Positions 19,166 through 28,838 of a stretch of DNA of 64,000 nucleotides are shown one piece after another (position 1 is the first letter of the stretch; each line of letters starts with the position of its first letter). A program made the position numbers and the translations under genes. The notes beneath the pieces were generated by a model. That model did not search any database, had not been told where the DNA came from, and saw only the letters and a list, made by a program, of their open reading frames with translations. Source of the DNA: a virus; IMG/VR virus record IMGVR_UViG_3300040811_000687; one strand, given 5' to 3'.

Positions 19166-19507
19166 ATGGCTGGAATAGCAAACTTAACGATAGACCAAGG
19201 GTCCAATTTTACATACGATTTAGAAGTCACTAATACCGATGGTACAGATTTTGATCTTACTGGATTTACGATGGTTGCTAAAATGTCTAAAGGTTATTCC
19301 TCTACATATCCTAGAACATCATTTACTTGTACAGTAACAAATCCTACAGAGGGTGTGGTAACTATAAGTTTAACTGCCGATCAAACAAAAGCTTTAAAGG
19401 CAGGTCGTCACGTATTTGATGTTGTAGCTACTCACGCTGATAGTACTGTTACTCGTTTATTAGAGGGTATTGTTATCGTAACTCCATCTGTAGTCAAATC
19501 TTTTTAA
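19166..19507 (+). CDS. small virion structural protein (Ig/BppU-like adaptor)
   Basis: ANLTIDQGSNF...DLTGFT...ISLTADQT...GRHVFDV...RLLEGIVIVTP, typical of marine T4-like virion proteins; late promoter. Confidence 0.7.
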   Translation: MAGIANLTIDQGSNFTYDLEVTNTDGTDFDLTGFTMVAKMSKGYSSTYPRTSFTCTVTNPTEGVVTISLTADQTKALKAGRHVFDVVATHADSTVTRLLEGIVIVTPSVVKSF

Positions 19508-20880
19508 GCAAGATATTCAAATACTGCTTTGTTCATACCTTTGTTAACAAGTTTAAACTGTGCTTTAGTCATAAAGCTTTCTAGAGTAGCCCAATTTAAA
19601 CCACTTATATCGTCAAAAACCCATACAGTTTGATCTGCTTTTCTTTGATTAAAGAATACTGCTTCTTTTAAAACACTTTTTGTATCATGTGGACCGTCAA
19701 AGTGTATCATTTCATATTTGTCTATCATTCTTTTATATTCATCATAGACAGGATAACCATTAGCAAAACTATTCATAAATTCTGAATCTTCTAGATTTAC
19801 AAGATGAAACTCTGGATAATCTTCAGCAAAATTTATTAGCGTAGTTTTTCTCATTAAATTATCATAGTTAAATTTTCTGGCTAATACACTATCAGAAGCT
19901 GCATAGTCAATATTACCATATGGATCAACACCTAAATGAACAAGACTAGTATTAGGATGATAATGTCTGTATGCGTCTATAATAGTTTTACTTCCTAGAC
20001 CTAATCTAACACCAATCTCCATACTTTGACCAATAGGATTTTTTAATCTTTGTACTGCTTCTGCTAATGAAGTATATTCTACACTATCACCAGTAAATTT
20101 TTCTCCTTCATTTACTTCTAGTGAATATTTTCCAGTTTTAGGATCAATACCTGGATAAACTCTACTAACATCTTTTGCAGTCTTATCAATAAATCTAGTA
20201 TCTTTTTCACCTTTGCCTTCAACTTCTTGAACATAAGTTTTTTCAATAGGTGGTTTTTCTTCAAACATATTACGATTATCCATAATTTGTCCTACTTCAA
20301 ATGTACTGTTACCTGTGTGTCTACAACGTATTGTAGTATCTGCCCATATTTTAAAACCTTTTGCTCTTGCTTTTCTACAAAAGTCAACATCTTCAGATAA
20401 TGTATTATTATGATCAAGTGCTGAATGATATGTGTATTGAGGATAACCAACTTCTCTAAATACTTTTCCTTTAATAAGGGCACAACCCATACCACAACCA
20501 ACTATTTCTAAAAACGGAGTATCTTTAACTTTTACCCAAGGAATACGTCTAGAACCACCGTTATTAGAAGCTTCATAAATTTCTAATGAGTGTGTTCCTG
20601 GTATTCTTTGAATATAAAGACCTGATACAATATCTACATCATGTGCTAACATTTTAACTAGTGTATCTTTATCAAAAGATATATCACTATCTACTGAAAA
20701 CAAATAATCATAATGTTCTCCCCATTTAGCAATTAGATTTCTAATTTGATCTACTTGATAACCAAAAAAGAATTGAAATTCAACTTTGTATCCTTCTGGT
20801 ATTGTAAGATCATATATCGCTTTGTATGTTTCTGGTTCTATATACTTGTTTGTTGGTATTGCTATTAATACTTTTTTCAT
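19504..20880 (-). CDS. GT2-like glycosyltransferase fused to a class I methyltransferase
   Basis: N-terminal SVDSDI, GCGMGCALI, SEDVDFC; C-terminal EIGVRLGLGS, GVDPY, IHFDGPH, VFDD. Confidence 0.8.
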   Translation of the reverse strand: MKKVLIAIPTNKYIEPETYKAIYDLTIPEGYKVEFQFFFGYQVDQIRNLIAKWGEHYDYLFSVDSDISFDKDTLVKMLAHDVDIVSGLYIQRIPGTHSLEIYEASNNGGSRRIPWVKVKDTPFLEIVGCGMGCALIKGKVFREVGYPQYTYHSALDHNNTLSEDVDFCRKARAKGFKIWADTTIRCRHTGNSTFEVGQIMDNRNMFEEKPPIEKTYVQEVEGKGEKDTRFIDKTAKDVSRVYPGIDPKTGKYSLEVNEGEKFTGDSVEYTSLAEAVQRLKNPIGQSMEIGVRLGLGSKTIIDAYRHYHPNTSLVHLGVDPYGNIDYAASDSVLARKFNYDNLMRKTTLINFAEDYPEFHLVNLEDSEFMNSFANGYPVYDEYKRMIDKYEMIHFDGPHDTKSVLKEAVFFNQRKADQTVWVFDDISGLNWATLESFMTKAQFKLVNKGMNKAVFEYLA

Positions 20881-22907
20881 TGTTTCATTATCCTATTCGC
20901 ATTTTTGGTTTGTTCGTCTCCGTTAATTTTATAATCGTTTAAAGGATTTATATCATTATAATTATATATTATATCTGATACAACTTTTACCTTATCTGGA
21001 TCAGCTTGTTCTATGAGTGAATAAAATATAGAACCGTCTCCGCCAGCTTTGTACCAGTTTTTGTTTTCGTCTTGGAAATTACTGTCATCAATATCATTTA
21101 AAAGTCCTGCTTTAAATGTTCTCAAATGTGTGTATGGCATGTTCCAATTAAATTTGTATTTTCTATATTCTTTCTTTTGTTTTATTTCCTCTGGATAGTT
21201 TTGTGCTATCAAAGGTATTCTATCAACCATTGAGTAACAAGACCCATAGGTAAATTCTGTAGTGCCGTCATAAAGATTATTGTAAAAGTGAAGTATCTCA
21301 TTATCATTTATAAAAGAATCATCACCATCTAAAAACATAACAATGTCATCTTCTTTACAATATTTTCTTATAGACTCTATTTGATTTCTAACAGCGCCTT
21401 TATTTTCTTCATTACGAATCACTTTTATTTTATCACTTTCCCATTGTTTGGCAATGTTGTAAGTATTATCTGTAGAGGCGTCATCAATTACAATCATTTC
21501 ATAGTTATCATAATCTTGTGAGACAACTGATTCAATACAGTTGCTAATATATTTTTCAGAGTTGTAAGTAGGAGATATTATAACTATCTTTTGTTCTACT
21601 TTTCTTGGTAAATAATTTTCTTCTATATTAGTAAATCTTCTACCAAAAACTTTTCTAACTCTAGAATTTATATGACATACTTTTCTATATTCTTCTTTTG
21701 ATAAGTAATTTCCTAATTGTCTATATAGATGTTGTTTCCATTGTAAGGCTACAGAGTCCCAACCTACAATACCTTTAATTTGATTACAAGCATATTGTTT
21801 TTGTTGATGTAAATATCTATTATGATGAGCCATTAATACAGTGTTGACAAATTTATCTACTTGTTTATTTTTTGGTATCCATGGAAATAAACCATTAGGT
21901 TCTATTGCATAATCTATTAAGTAACAAGCTTCGTTTACTGCTGTTTCTTCTAAAGCACCAAAACGTGTAGTGATTAAAGGAGTGTTATATGCTATTGCTT
22001 CTAAAGATGATATACCAAATGTTTCAGGAAAAGCACCTGGAAATAATTTATAACTTGCTCTTTCTAATATATCTGCTATTTCAGATTGTTTTATAACACC
22101 TGTAAATTCTATACCTAAATTTTTATTTTTAGGATCATTTGACATTTTAGTCCATTCTTTTCCTTGAGCGTCTAACTCTTGTCCTGGAAAAACATAAAAA
22201 CCACCAATACATATTAGTTTAGCTTCAGGTATTTTTTCTTTTATTTTTGGCCATATATCGTTAACTAAAGGTGCCATACCTTTTGTGAAAGCTGCATTGA
22301 AAACATATAAGTGTGGGTCTTTCTTTCTTATATCAACATCATTTTTATAAGTTACTATTCCATTTCTAGTTTGAAAAAATTTATGTTTTAATACTTCCAT
22401 GTTTCTTCTTTTACCATGGTCACAATTCATCACATAAGTTGAATGAAAATCTGATAAAGTAAATACTTCATCTATATGCCCTTGTATTAAAAGGTCTTCT
22501 AATATAAGATCGCCGTTTGCAAATGTGTCATGCATCCAAACTGCTTTATGTCTAGCATTAGCTGTGATTGCTGAATATCTTTGAGGATTATATCCTTCAA
22601 ACTGTTTATATAAGTTAGGTGTTATGAAAGGAATTATAGTTCTTAATGAAATTACAATATCAAATTTGAAATCACTTTTATAATCTAAAATAGTATTGTC
22701 AAAATATTGTACACCATCATAAGTGCCTTCTCTTGCGAGTTTTGAGTCTTTATTACAGTTGTTGAAAATAGTTACTTTGAAACCTAACTTTGTTAGTTCT
22801 TTGGCCATCAAGATAGTCGCAGACTCGCTACCACCAAGGCCTCTTTTCTTTAATGTATCTCCGTCATACGGAAGACCAATTATATCTAAAAATGCAATAG
22901 AAATCAT
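20877..22907 (-). CDS. GT4-GT2 bifunctional glycosyltransferase
   Basis: GLGGSESA, ETFGISSLEA (GT-B ExFG); then PTYNSEKYI, IDDASTD, FLDGDD (GT2). Confidence 0.9.
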   Translation of the reverse strand: MISIAFLDIIGLPYDGDTLKKRGLGGSESATILMAKELTKLGFKVTIFNNCNKDSKLAREGTYDGVQYFDNTILDYKSDFKFDIVISLRTIIPFITPNLYKQFEGYNPQRYSAITANARHKAVWMHDTFANGDLILEDLLIQGHIDEVFTLSDFHSTYVMNCDHGKRRNMEVLKHKFFQTRNGIVTYKNDVDIRKKDPHLYVFNAAFTKGMAPLVNDIWPKIKEKIPEAKLICIGGFYVFPGQELDAQGKEWTKMSNDPKNKNLGIEFTGVIKQSEIADILERASYKLFPGAFPETFGISSLEAIAYNTPLITTRFGALEETAVNEACYLIDYAIEPNGLFPWIPKNKQVDKFVNTVLMAHHNRYLHQQKQYACNQIKGIVGWDSVALQWKQHLYRQLGNYLSKEEYRKVCHINSRVRKVFGRRFTNIEENYLPRKVEQKIVIISPTYNSEKYISNCIESVVSQDYDNYEMIVIDDASTDNTYNIAKQWESDKIKVIRNEENKGAVRNQIESIRKYCKEDDIVMFLDGDDSFINDNEILHFYNNLYDGTTEFTYGSCYSMVDRIPLIAQNYPEEIKQKKEYRKYKFNWNMPYTHLRTFKAGLLNDIDDSNFQDENKNWYKAGGDGSIFYSLIEQADPDKVKVVSDIIYNYNDINPLNDYKINGDEQTKNANRIMKQ

Positions 22908-22935
22908 TTATTTAAATTATCAACTCACTACAGTT

Positions 22936-22977
22936 TATTTATAAATATACTATAACAGAATATTAAAAAAATGTCAA
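22936..22977. promoter_or_regulatory. divergent promoter cluster
   Basis: Palindromic TATTTATAAATA (22936-22947) gives TATAAATA on both strands; minus-strand TTGACA-N17-TATAGT (22949-22977). Confidence 0.7.
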
Positions 22978-23023
22978 TGCTTGGACATTAAAATAAAAAT
23001 ATGAGGGAAATAAGTATCGCAAT

Positions 23024-25075
23024 ATGCCAGTAATTCAAAACGCTAGTGTTCGTGTCGGCCTAGGACGTATAGGTTATACAGGATCAGGAGGTCCAACAGG
23101 TTTTACAGGTTCCAAAGGGGATCCAGGGGCTGCCGGATCACCAGGTGGTTATTCAGGTTCACAAGGTTTCACAGGATCACGTGGTGAACAAGGTCCAGGT
23201 GGTGGTTACACTGGTTCAGTAGGTGCTGTAGGTTTTACAGGATCCTCAGGAGGTTTAGGGTACACAGGTTCATCTGGTACAGTTGGTTTCACTGGCTCAA
23301 CAGGAGTAGGTTATACAGGATCAAAAGGTGCTGACGGATCAGATGGTGCTGTTGGTTTTACTGGTTCTACCGGAGCAGGATATACAGGATCAAAAGGTGA
23401 CGCAGGCTCAGATGGTGCCGTAGGTTTTTCAGGATCAAAAGGAGATACAGGTTCACAAGGTATACAAGGTGTAACAGGTTTTTCAGGATCAAAAGGAGAT
23501 ACTGGTACAGCAGGCGCTATAGGATATTCAGGATCAAAAGGAGATACAGGTTCACAAGGTATACAAGGTGTAACAGGTTTTTCAGGATCAAAAGGTGACG
23601 CAGGCTCAGATGGTGCCGTAGGTTTTACAGGATCAAAAGGTGATCAAGGTGTAATAGGTTTTTCAGGTTCAAAAGGAGATACAGGAACAGCAGGTGCTGA
23701 TGGTTCAGATGGTGCCGTAGGTTTTACAGGATCAGTTGGTATAGGTTACACTGGTTCAGCAGGTGCCACAGGTCCTCAAGGTCCAGGTGGTGGTTATACT
23801 GGTTCAGCAGGTGCCGTAGGTTTTACAGGATCAGCAGGATCAGGAGGAGATTCTCCTTTTGTATTTACAACTTCAGGAGATTATAGAACACTTACAGGTT
23901 ATATAGAAAGTGGTGTAACAAGTACAGTTAGAACAGCAGAATTTTCAGGTGATCTTTTAAGATTAACTTTAGCAACTTTTACTCCTACATTTTCAGCTTC
24001 ATCAACTCCAAGTTCATCATTAAATTGGGATGTTCCTTGTACAGGATTTTCTGTATCAGTAGATAACCCTAGTGATGTCACAAACGATTTTATAAGTTCA
24101 GTTTACTCTATCACTCAATCAAGTGGAAGTGTTAACGGTACTTTAAGTAATTATTCAGCAGGTAGTTATTCACAAACACCAGCAGGTGGTGTAGATTGGA
24201 ATCAAACTTTTACTGTAGACAATTCAAGTTCATATATTAGACCAATATCAACTAGTCGTACTGGAGGTTCGGCTGGTGCAACAATTAAATTTAATCATAA
24301 TGACGGCAGTGAATCAGAATATACAGATTCAAATACAAGTTTTTCTGTAAACTGGTCAACAGCGTCTATGAGTTTATCTAAAACTAATGTTAGCGGAAAA
24401 ACATTTTTAAAATCTTATGCTAGTACATCGTACTCTACTAGCACAAGTGGTATATCAAATTCAAGTAACACTTCACATGCTTTAACAGCAAGTGGTGGTT
24501 CTTTGAGTACAAATTCAGGAAGCGGATATGTGAGTGGGACATTTACATTTACATCACCTATACACAAAGACAATACAAGCGATACACGTACTATCTCAAA
24601 TACGTGTACGTTTACAAGACCTGTTGATGTAACAGGTTCCTCATATACGACAGATCAGTCGTCAACAACAAGCAACATATCTGCTTCATTTACGTATCCG
24701 TCTTTCTGGATCTGGACAACAGGAGTAGGAACTACTCCAACACTCTCCGATATAATAGATGATTCAACATCTACAGGTTTTGAATCGGCAGTTAATCAGT
24801 TGTCAGATCAAACAAGAACATTTTCAGTACAATCAGTTACTAATTCAGATTCTAATCCTAGGGCATTTTGGTTTGCTGTTAGAAATTCAGCGTCTCAACC
24901 TGGTACATTTAAAACAGGTGCAAGTGCAGGATTATTAAGTGATGTTAGTACAACAGATGGTGGAACAATTACACTAGTACCTGATTCACCATTATCAGGA
25001 CAAACAGGAGAAAGTTATCATTTATATGGATTTACTTTACAACCAGGAACAACTTACGTGGAGATAGGAGCATAG
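23024..25075 (+). CDS. collagen-like fibre protein with Ser/Thr-rich C-terminal domain
   Basis: About 260 aa of Gly-X-Y repeats (GFTGSKGD, GYTGS) then a beta-rich domain. Confidence 0.85.
   Translation: MPVIQNASVRVGLGRIGYTGSGGPTGFTGSKGDPGAAGSPGGYSGSQGFTGSRGEQGPGGGYTGSVGAVGFTGSSGGLGYTGSSGTVGFTGSTGVGYTGSKGADGSDGAVGFTGSTGAGYTGSKGDAGSDGAVGFSGSKGDTGSQGIQGVTGFSGSKGDTGTAGAIGYSGSKGDTGSQGIQGVTGFSGSKGDAGSDGAVGFTGSKGDQGVIGFSGSKGDTGTAGADGSDGAVGFTGSVGIGYTGSAGATGPQGPGGGYTGSAGAVGFTGSAGSGGDSPFVFTTSGDYRTLTGYIESGVTSTVRTAEFSGDLLRLTLATFTPTFSASSTPSSSLNWDVPCTGFSVSVDNPSDVTNDFISSVYSITQSSGSVNGTLSNYSAGSYSQTPAGGVDWNQTFTVDNSSSYIRPISTSRTGGSAGATIKFNHNDGSESEYTDSNTSFSVNWSTASMSLSKTNVSGKTFLKSYASTSYSTSTSGISNSSNTSHALTASGGSLSTNSGSGYVSGTFTFTSPIHKDNTSDTRTISNTCTFTRPVDVTGSSYTTDQSSTTSNISASFTYPSFWIWTTGVGTTPTLSDIIDDSTSTGFESAVNQLSDQTRTFSVQSVTNSDSNPRAFWFAVRNSASQPGTFKTGASAGLLSDVSTTDGGTITLVPDSPLSGQTGESYHLYGFTLQPGTTYVEIGA
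23428..23595 (+). repeat. exact 69-nt direct repeat within the collagen coding region
   Basis: 23428-23496 identical to 23527-23595; 23482-23547 is also identical to 25562-25627 in the next gene. Confidence 0.85.
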
Positions 25076-25076
25076 T

Positions 25077-26570
25077 ATGGCTACAAATTACGATGGTCTA
25101 ACACGAAACGTCTGGCCAGGAACATGGAGTACCGGCACTAACTCGCCTATCGTTATAGATACGGAAGTTAGAGGTACACTTCAAAGTATTTCTGGTGATA
25201 GTGGAGATAGATTAACAGATATTCCAGGTGCAAGAATAACAGAGGGTATGTTAGTATATGTTAAAAACGGATATACTTCAGGTTCAACTACATACACAGC
25301 AGACAAATATTATACTTACAAACTTCAAGGTAGTGAAGTACGTAGTAGTGTTACAGGTGCAGTGCCAAATGCCGACGCCAACTGGTCATTATTCAGTGTT
25401 GGTGGTGGATCAGGTTATACAGGATCAGCCGGCGCTATAGGTTTTACAGGATCAGCAGGTGCTGTAGGTTTTACAGGATCAGCAGGCGCTATAGGATATT
25501 CAGGATCAAAAGGTGATCAAGGTACTGTAGGTTTTTCAGGTTCAAAAGGAGATATAGGATATTCAGGATCAAAAGGAGATACTGGTACAGCAGGCGCTAT
25601 AGGATATTCAGGATCAAAAGGAGATACTGGTACAGCAGGCGCTATAGGATATTCAGGATCAAAAGGTGATCAAGGTGTTATTGGTTACACAGGTTCAATA
25701 GGTTTTTCAGGATCAAAAGGAGATATAGGATATTCAGGATCAAAAGGAGATACTGGAACAACAGGTGCTGATGGTTTAGATGGTGCTGTAGGTTTTTCAG
25801 GTTCAAAAGGAGATATAGGATATTCAGGATCAAAAGGTGATCAAGGTATAATTGGTTATACAGGTTCAAAAGGTGATCAAGGTGATCAAGGTGTTATTGG
25901 TTACACAGGTTCAATAGGTTTTTCAGGATCAAAAGGTGATCAAGGTATAATTGGTTATACAGGTTCAGAGGGAAATTTAGATATAGCAGTTGCTTCAACT
26001 CCTCCAGTTTCAGCAGGTATTGGTGATGTTTGGATTGATGACGCAACAGGTATTCAATACTTCTACATGAACGATGGTAACAGTAATCAATGGGTAGAAT
26101 TAAGTAACCAAGGTGTTGTAGGATTTACAGGTTCAGCTGGTGCTAGTACGTTATCTTCTCTTACAGACGTAACTATTAGTACACCACAAAAAGGCCATAC
26201 TTTAGTTTATGATGGTTCAGGTTGGGTACAAACACAAACTCCAATTTCACAATTTGTTGTAACAGCCAATGGTTCAAGTGCATACAGATTTGATGGTGCA
26301 GGATTCCCTAGTACGAGTGGCGATAATCCTACTATCTACCTTAAAAAAGGTCAAACATATTACTTTAGAAATACAACTAGTGGACATCCATTTAGAATAC
26401 AATCTACTACAGGTACAGGTGGAACAGTATATGATACAGGTGTTACTGATAATAACGCCTCAGGATCAACAGGTGTAGTTATATTTCATGTTCCTATGAG
26501 TGCTCCTGCGACATTATACTATCAATGTTCATCGCATGGTTCTATGGTAGGAACAATTACTATAGTTTAA
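25077..26570 (+). CDS. collagen-like fibre protein with C-terminal cupredoxin-like domain
   Basis: Gly-X-Y repeats; GDVWIDDATG module; C-terminal GQTYYF...GHPF...YYQCSSHGSMVG. Confidence 0.85.
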   Translation: MATNYDGLTRNVWPGTWSTGTNSPIVIDTEVRGTLQSISGDSGDRLTDIPGARITEGMLVYVKNGYTSGSTTYTADKYYTYKLQGSEVRSSVTGAVPNADANWSLFSVGGGSGYTGSAGAIGFTGSAGAVGFTGSAGAIGYSGSKGDQGTVGFSGSKGDIGYSGSKGDTGTAGAIGYSGSKGDTGTAGAIGYSGSKGDQGVIGYTGSIGFSGSKGDIGYSGSKGDTGTTGADGLDGAVGFSGSKGDIGYSGSKGDQGIIGYTGSKGDQGDQGVIGYTGSIGFSGSKGDQGIIGYTGSEGNLDIAVASTPPVSAGIGDVWIDDATGIQYFYMNDGNSNQWVELSNQGVVGFTGSAGASTLSSLTDVTISTPQKGHTLVYDGSGWVQTQTPISQFVVTANGSSAYRFDGAGFPSTSGDNPTIYLKKGQTYYFRNTTSGHPFRIQSTTGTGGTVYDTGVTDNNASGSTGVVIFHVPMSAPATLYYQCSSHGSMVGTITIV

Positions 26571-26614
26571 TTAAAAACTATTGTATTATTAACAGATTTG
26601 AAGAAGAATTATAT

Positions 26615-26622
26615 TATAAATA
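26615..26622 (+). promoter_or_regulatory. T4 late promoter TATAAATA
   Basis: Exact box in the intergenic region upstream of 26724. Confidence 0.7.
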
Positions 26623-26723
26623 GATGTAGAAAAGAAAAAAAAGACTTTTCTTGCAAGAATTATATGATAAAGAATTGAATTTTTAAATTTAAAAAAACAA
26701 TAATAAATTAGGAGACAACAAAA

Positions 26724-27737
26724 ATGGCAATTAACTTTCCAAGTAGTCCCGCATTAAATGACATATACACTCTCGGTACAAGACAGTGGAAATGGAATGG
26801 TAATGGCTGGGCTCTACAACCTCTTACAGCGGGTTTCACTGGATCAATCGGTTATACTGGTTCTAAAGGTGATATCGGGTATACAGGTTCTAAAGGGGAT
26901 ACTGGTTTAGGCTTCAACATTGCGAAGACATACACTAGTGTCGCTAACTTAACAGCGGATACAAGTCCATCAGGCATTAATACTGGTGAATTTGCTATCA
27001 TTGAAAACGGCTCTTTAACAGACGCCGAAAATTCTAGATTATACCTATGGAACGGTTCAGCATACTCATTCGTATCTGACCTTTCAGGTACAATTGGTTT
27101 CACAGGATCTTTTGGTTACACTGGATCTAAAGGGGATCAAGGTGTTATAGGTTACACTGGTTCTAAAGGGGATCAAGGTGTTATAGGTTACACTGGTTCT
27201 AAAGGTTTCACAGGATCAAAAGGTGACATTGGTTACACTGGTTCTAAAGGGGATCAAGGTGATATAGGTTACACAGGATCAAAAGGTGACATTGGTTACA
27301 CTGGTTCTAAAGGTTTCACAGGATCACAAGGTGACATTGGTTACACTGGATCAAAAGGTGACATTGGTTACACTGGATCTTTAGGTTTCACAGGATCAAA
27401 AGGTGATATAGGTTACACAGGATCAAAAGGTGACATTGGTTACACTGGATCTGAAGGTAATCTTGATATCACAACTTCATCTACTCCGCCAACATCTGGC
27501 GTAGGCGAAGGTGATATTTGGGTAGACAGCGCAACTGGTGTACAATACTTTTACTACAACGATGGTAACAGTACACAATGGGTAGAGCTTTCTAACCAAG
27601 GTGTTGTTGGATTTACAGGATCACAAGGTGCTCAAGTAGACACTGTTGATTCAAGTAACTTCAGCTCAGCTGTAACTTTACTAATCAAAAATAGTTCAGG
27701 TACTACATTAAAAACAATCATAGGTAACGCTACATAA
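26724..27737 (+). CDS. collagen-like fibre protein
   Basis: INFPSSP...WKWNG N-terminus, GYTGSKGD repeats, GDIWVDSATG module; AGGAG SD. Confidence 0.85.
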   Translation: MAINFPSSPALNDIYTLGTRQWKWNGNGWALQPLTAGFTGSIGYTGSKGDIGYTGSKGDTGLGFNIAKTYTSVANLTADTSPSGINTGEFAIIENGSLTDAENSRLYLWNGSAYSFVSDLSGTIGFTGSFGYTGSKGDQGVIGYTGSKGDQGVIGYTGSKGFTGSKGDIGYTGSKGDQGDIGYTGSKGDIGYTGSKGFTGSQGDIGYTGSKGDIGYTGSLGFTGSKGDIGYTGSKGDIGYTGSEGNLDITTSSTPPTSGVGEGDIWVDSATGVQYFYYNDGNSTQWVELSNQGVVGFTGSQGAQVDTVDSSNFSSAVTLLIKNSSGTTLKTIIGNAT

Positions 27738-27770
27738 TAAGTAGAGCAAATTAAAAGGAGAAAATAAATT

Positions 27771-28700
27771 ATGGCAACAAGAAACCCATTAGTATACAGC
27801 AGTGGAAATCTAGTTGAAATGACTTCAGCTCAAGTTGACGCAGTTATAGATAATATTGTTTATCAATATTCTTTATCGCCGTCAGTTACGTTATCAGTAG
27901 TAGGTTCAAGTGGCTCTTTAGGAGCAATTTCTGATACAAGATTACAAGCAGGTGCTATTTCTAATAGTTCTACTAGTTTTCCAGGATCAGGTACAACACA
28001 AGACCCTCAAACTGTAACAACAAACTATGATAAAGTAAGTCAAACAGTTGCTTCGGTTACGCCGACAACTGATACAGGTACAACATGGCCGGTATACTAC
28101 ACAAGTGGTGGTGAAATTCATGCTATGCCTTTAGCAGATATTAAGGATACGTTCTTACATCCTGCTATTGATTTACTTACAGCAAGTACAACTACAACGC
28201 AACAAGGTGGTACATATTTTGTATCATCTTCAGCGTCTGTTAGTGGTGCTACTGAAGTTAGTGGTTCAAACACACCTATATTCATTGACACAAGAGCCAA
28301 CACTGGCGCTTATGCTGCTGGATCTATAGGTGACCACGCACAAGATAACCCAACTACGATTACTAGTTACTATTTACAGAGAGTAAATGGTGCTACGTCA
28401 TCTTACGAAAATCTATTAAATATAGACGGTACAACTCACTTACAACAAACTGGTTCATCTTTTGATACTTTGTGTCAAGAGTGGATTAGAGCGACTGCAA
28501 GTGCTTCAGTAGACGGATATACGATTAGATACAACTTTAATGGTTCAGGTACTACAAGAGGTACAGGTATGGCTAACACTATACTTGATGGCTCTAGTTA
28601 CAATACTAGACAAGTTGGTGATGACTATAGAGCGCAAGAGTTTCCAGCAGGTTCGGTAACGACAGCTGCAACTCACACGCTAAAGATTGTTAAAGCATAA
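27771..28700 (+). CDS. virion structural protein (Ser/Thr-rich)
   Basis: S/T/G-rich beta-type protein in the fibre cluster; AGGAG SD. Confidence 0.7.
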   Translation: MATRNPLVYSSGNLVEMTSAQVDAVIDNIVYQYSLSPSVTLSVVGSSGSLGAISDTRLQAGAISNSSTSFPGSGTTQDPQTVTTNYDKVSQTVASVTPTTDTGTTWPVYYTSGGEIHAMPLADIKDTFLHPAIDLLTASTTTTQQGGTYFVSSSASVSGATEVSGSNTPIFIDTRANTGAYAAGSIGDHAQDNPTTITSYYLQRVNGATSSYENLLNIDGTTHLQQTGSSFDTLCQEWIRATASASVDGYTIRYNFNGSGTTRGTGMANTILDGSSYNTRQVGDDYRAQEFPAGSVTTAATHTLKIVKA

Positions 28701-28729
28701 TAATCTATAGTAATCAAAGGTGCAAAATT

Positions 28730-28761
28730 AACCCCCGGAGCCTAGGTTTCGGGGGTTTTTT
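28730..28761 (+). terminator. Rho-independent terminator
   Basis: AACCCCCGGAGCC-TA-GGTTTCGGGGGTT stem followed by a T run. Confidence 0.85.
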
Positions 28762-28787
28762 ATTGGAAAATAACTTGTTTAAAATGT

Positions 28788-28804
28788 TATAAATATTATA
28801 AATA
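28788..28804 (+). promoter_or_regulatory. tandem T4 late promoters
   Basis: TATAAATA at 28788-28795 and 28797-28804. Confidence 0.7.
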
Positions 28805-28838
28805 TGGTGATAGAACAAATAGAAGGAACAAAATTTAA

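Noticed and set aside
109-22907. Island as a host-derived contaminant or a DNA-hypermodification cluster
   Set aside because: It contains T4 late boxes and a virion gene, and a paralogue sits next to gp23, so it is phage-integral. No nucleotide hydroxymethylase, kinase or queuosine-pathway genes are seen. DNA modification is not excluded but is unsupported.
23072-27450. Periodic DNA repeats as a CRISPR array or DGR template/variable repeats
   Set aside because: The repeats are in-frame Gly-X-Y codons with no unique spacers, no cas or reverse transcriptase gene, and no adenine-specific mismatch pattern.
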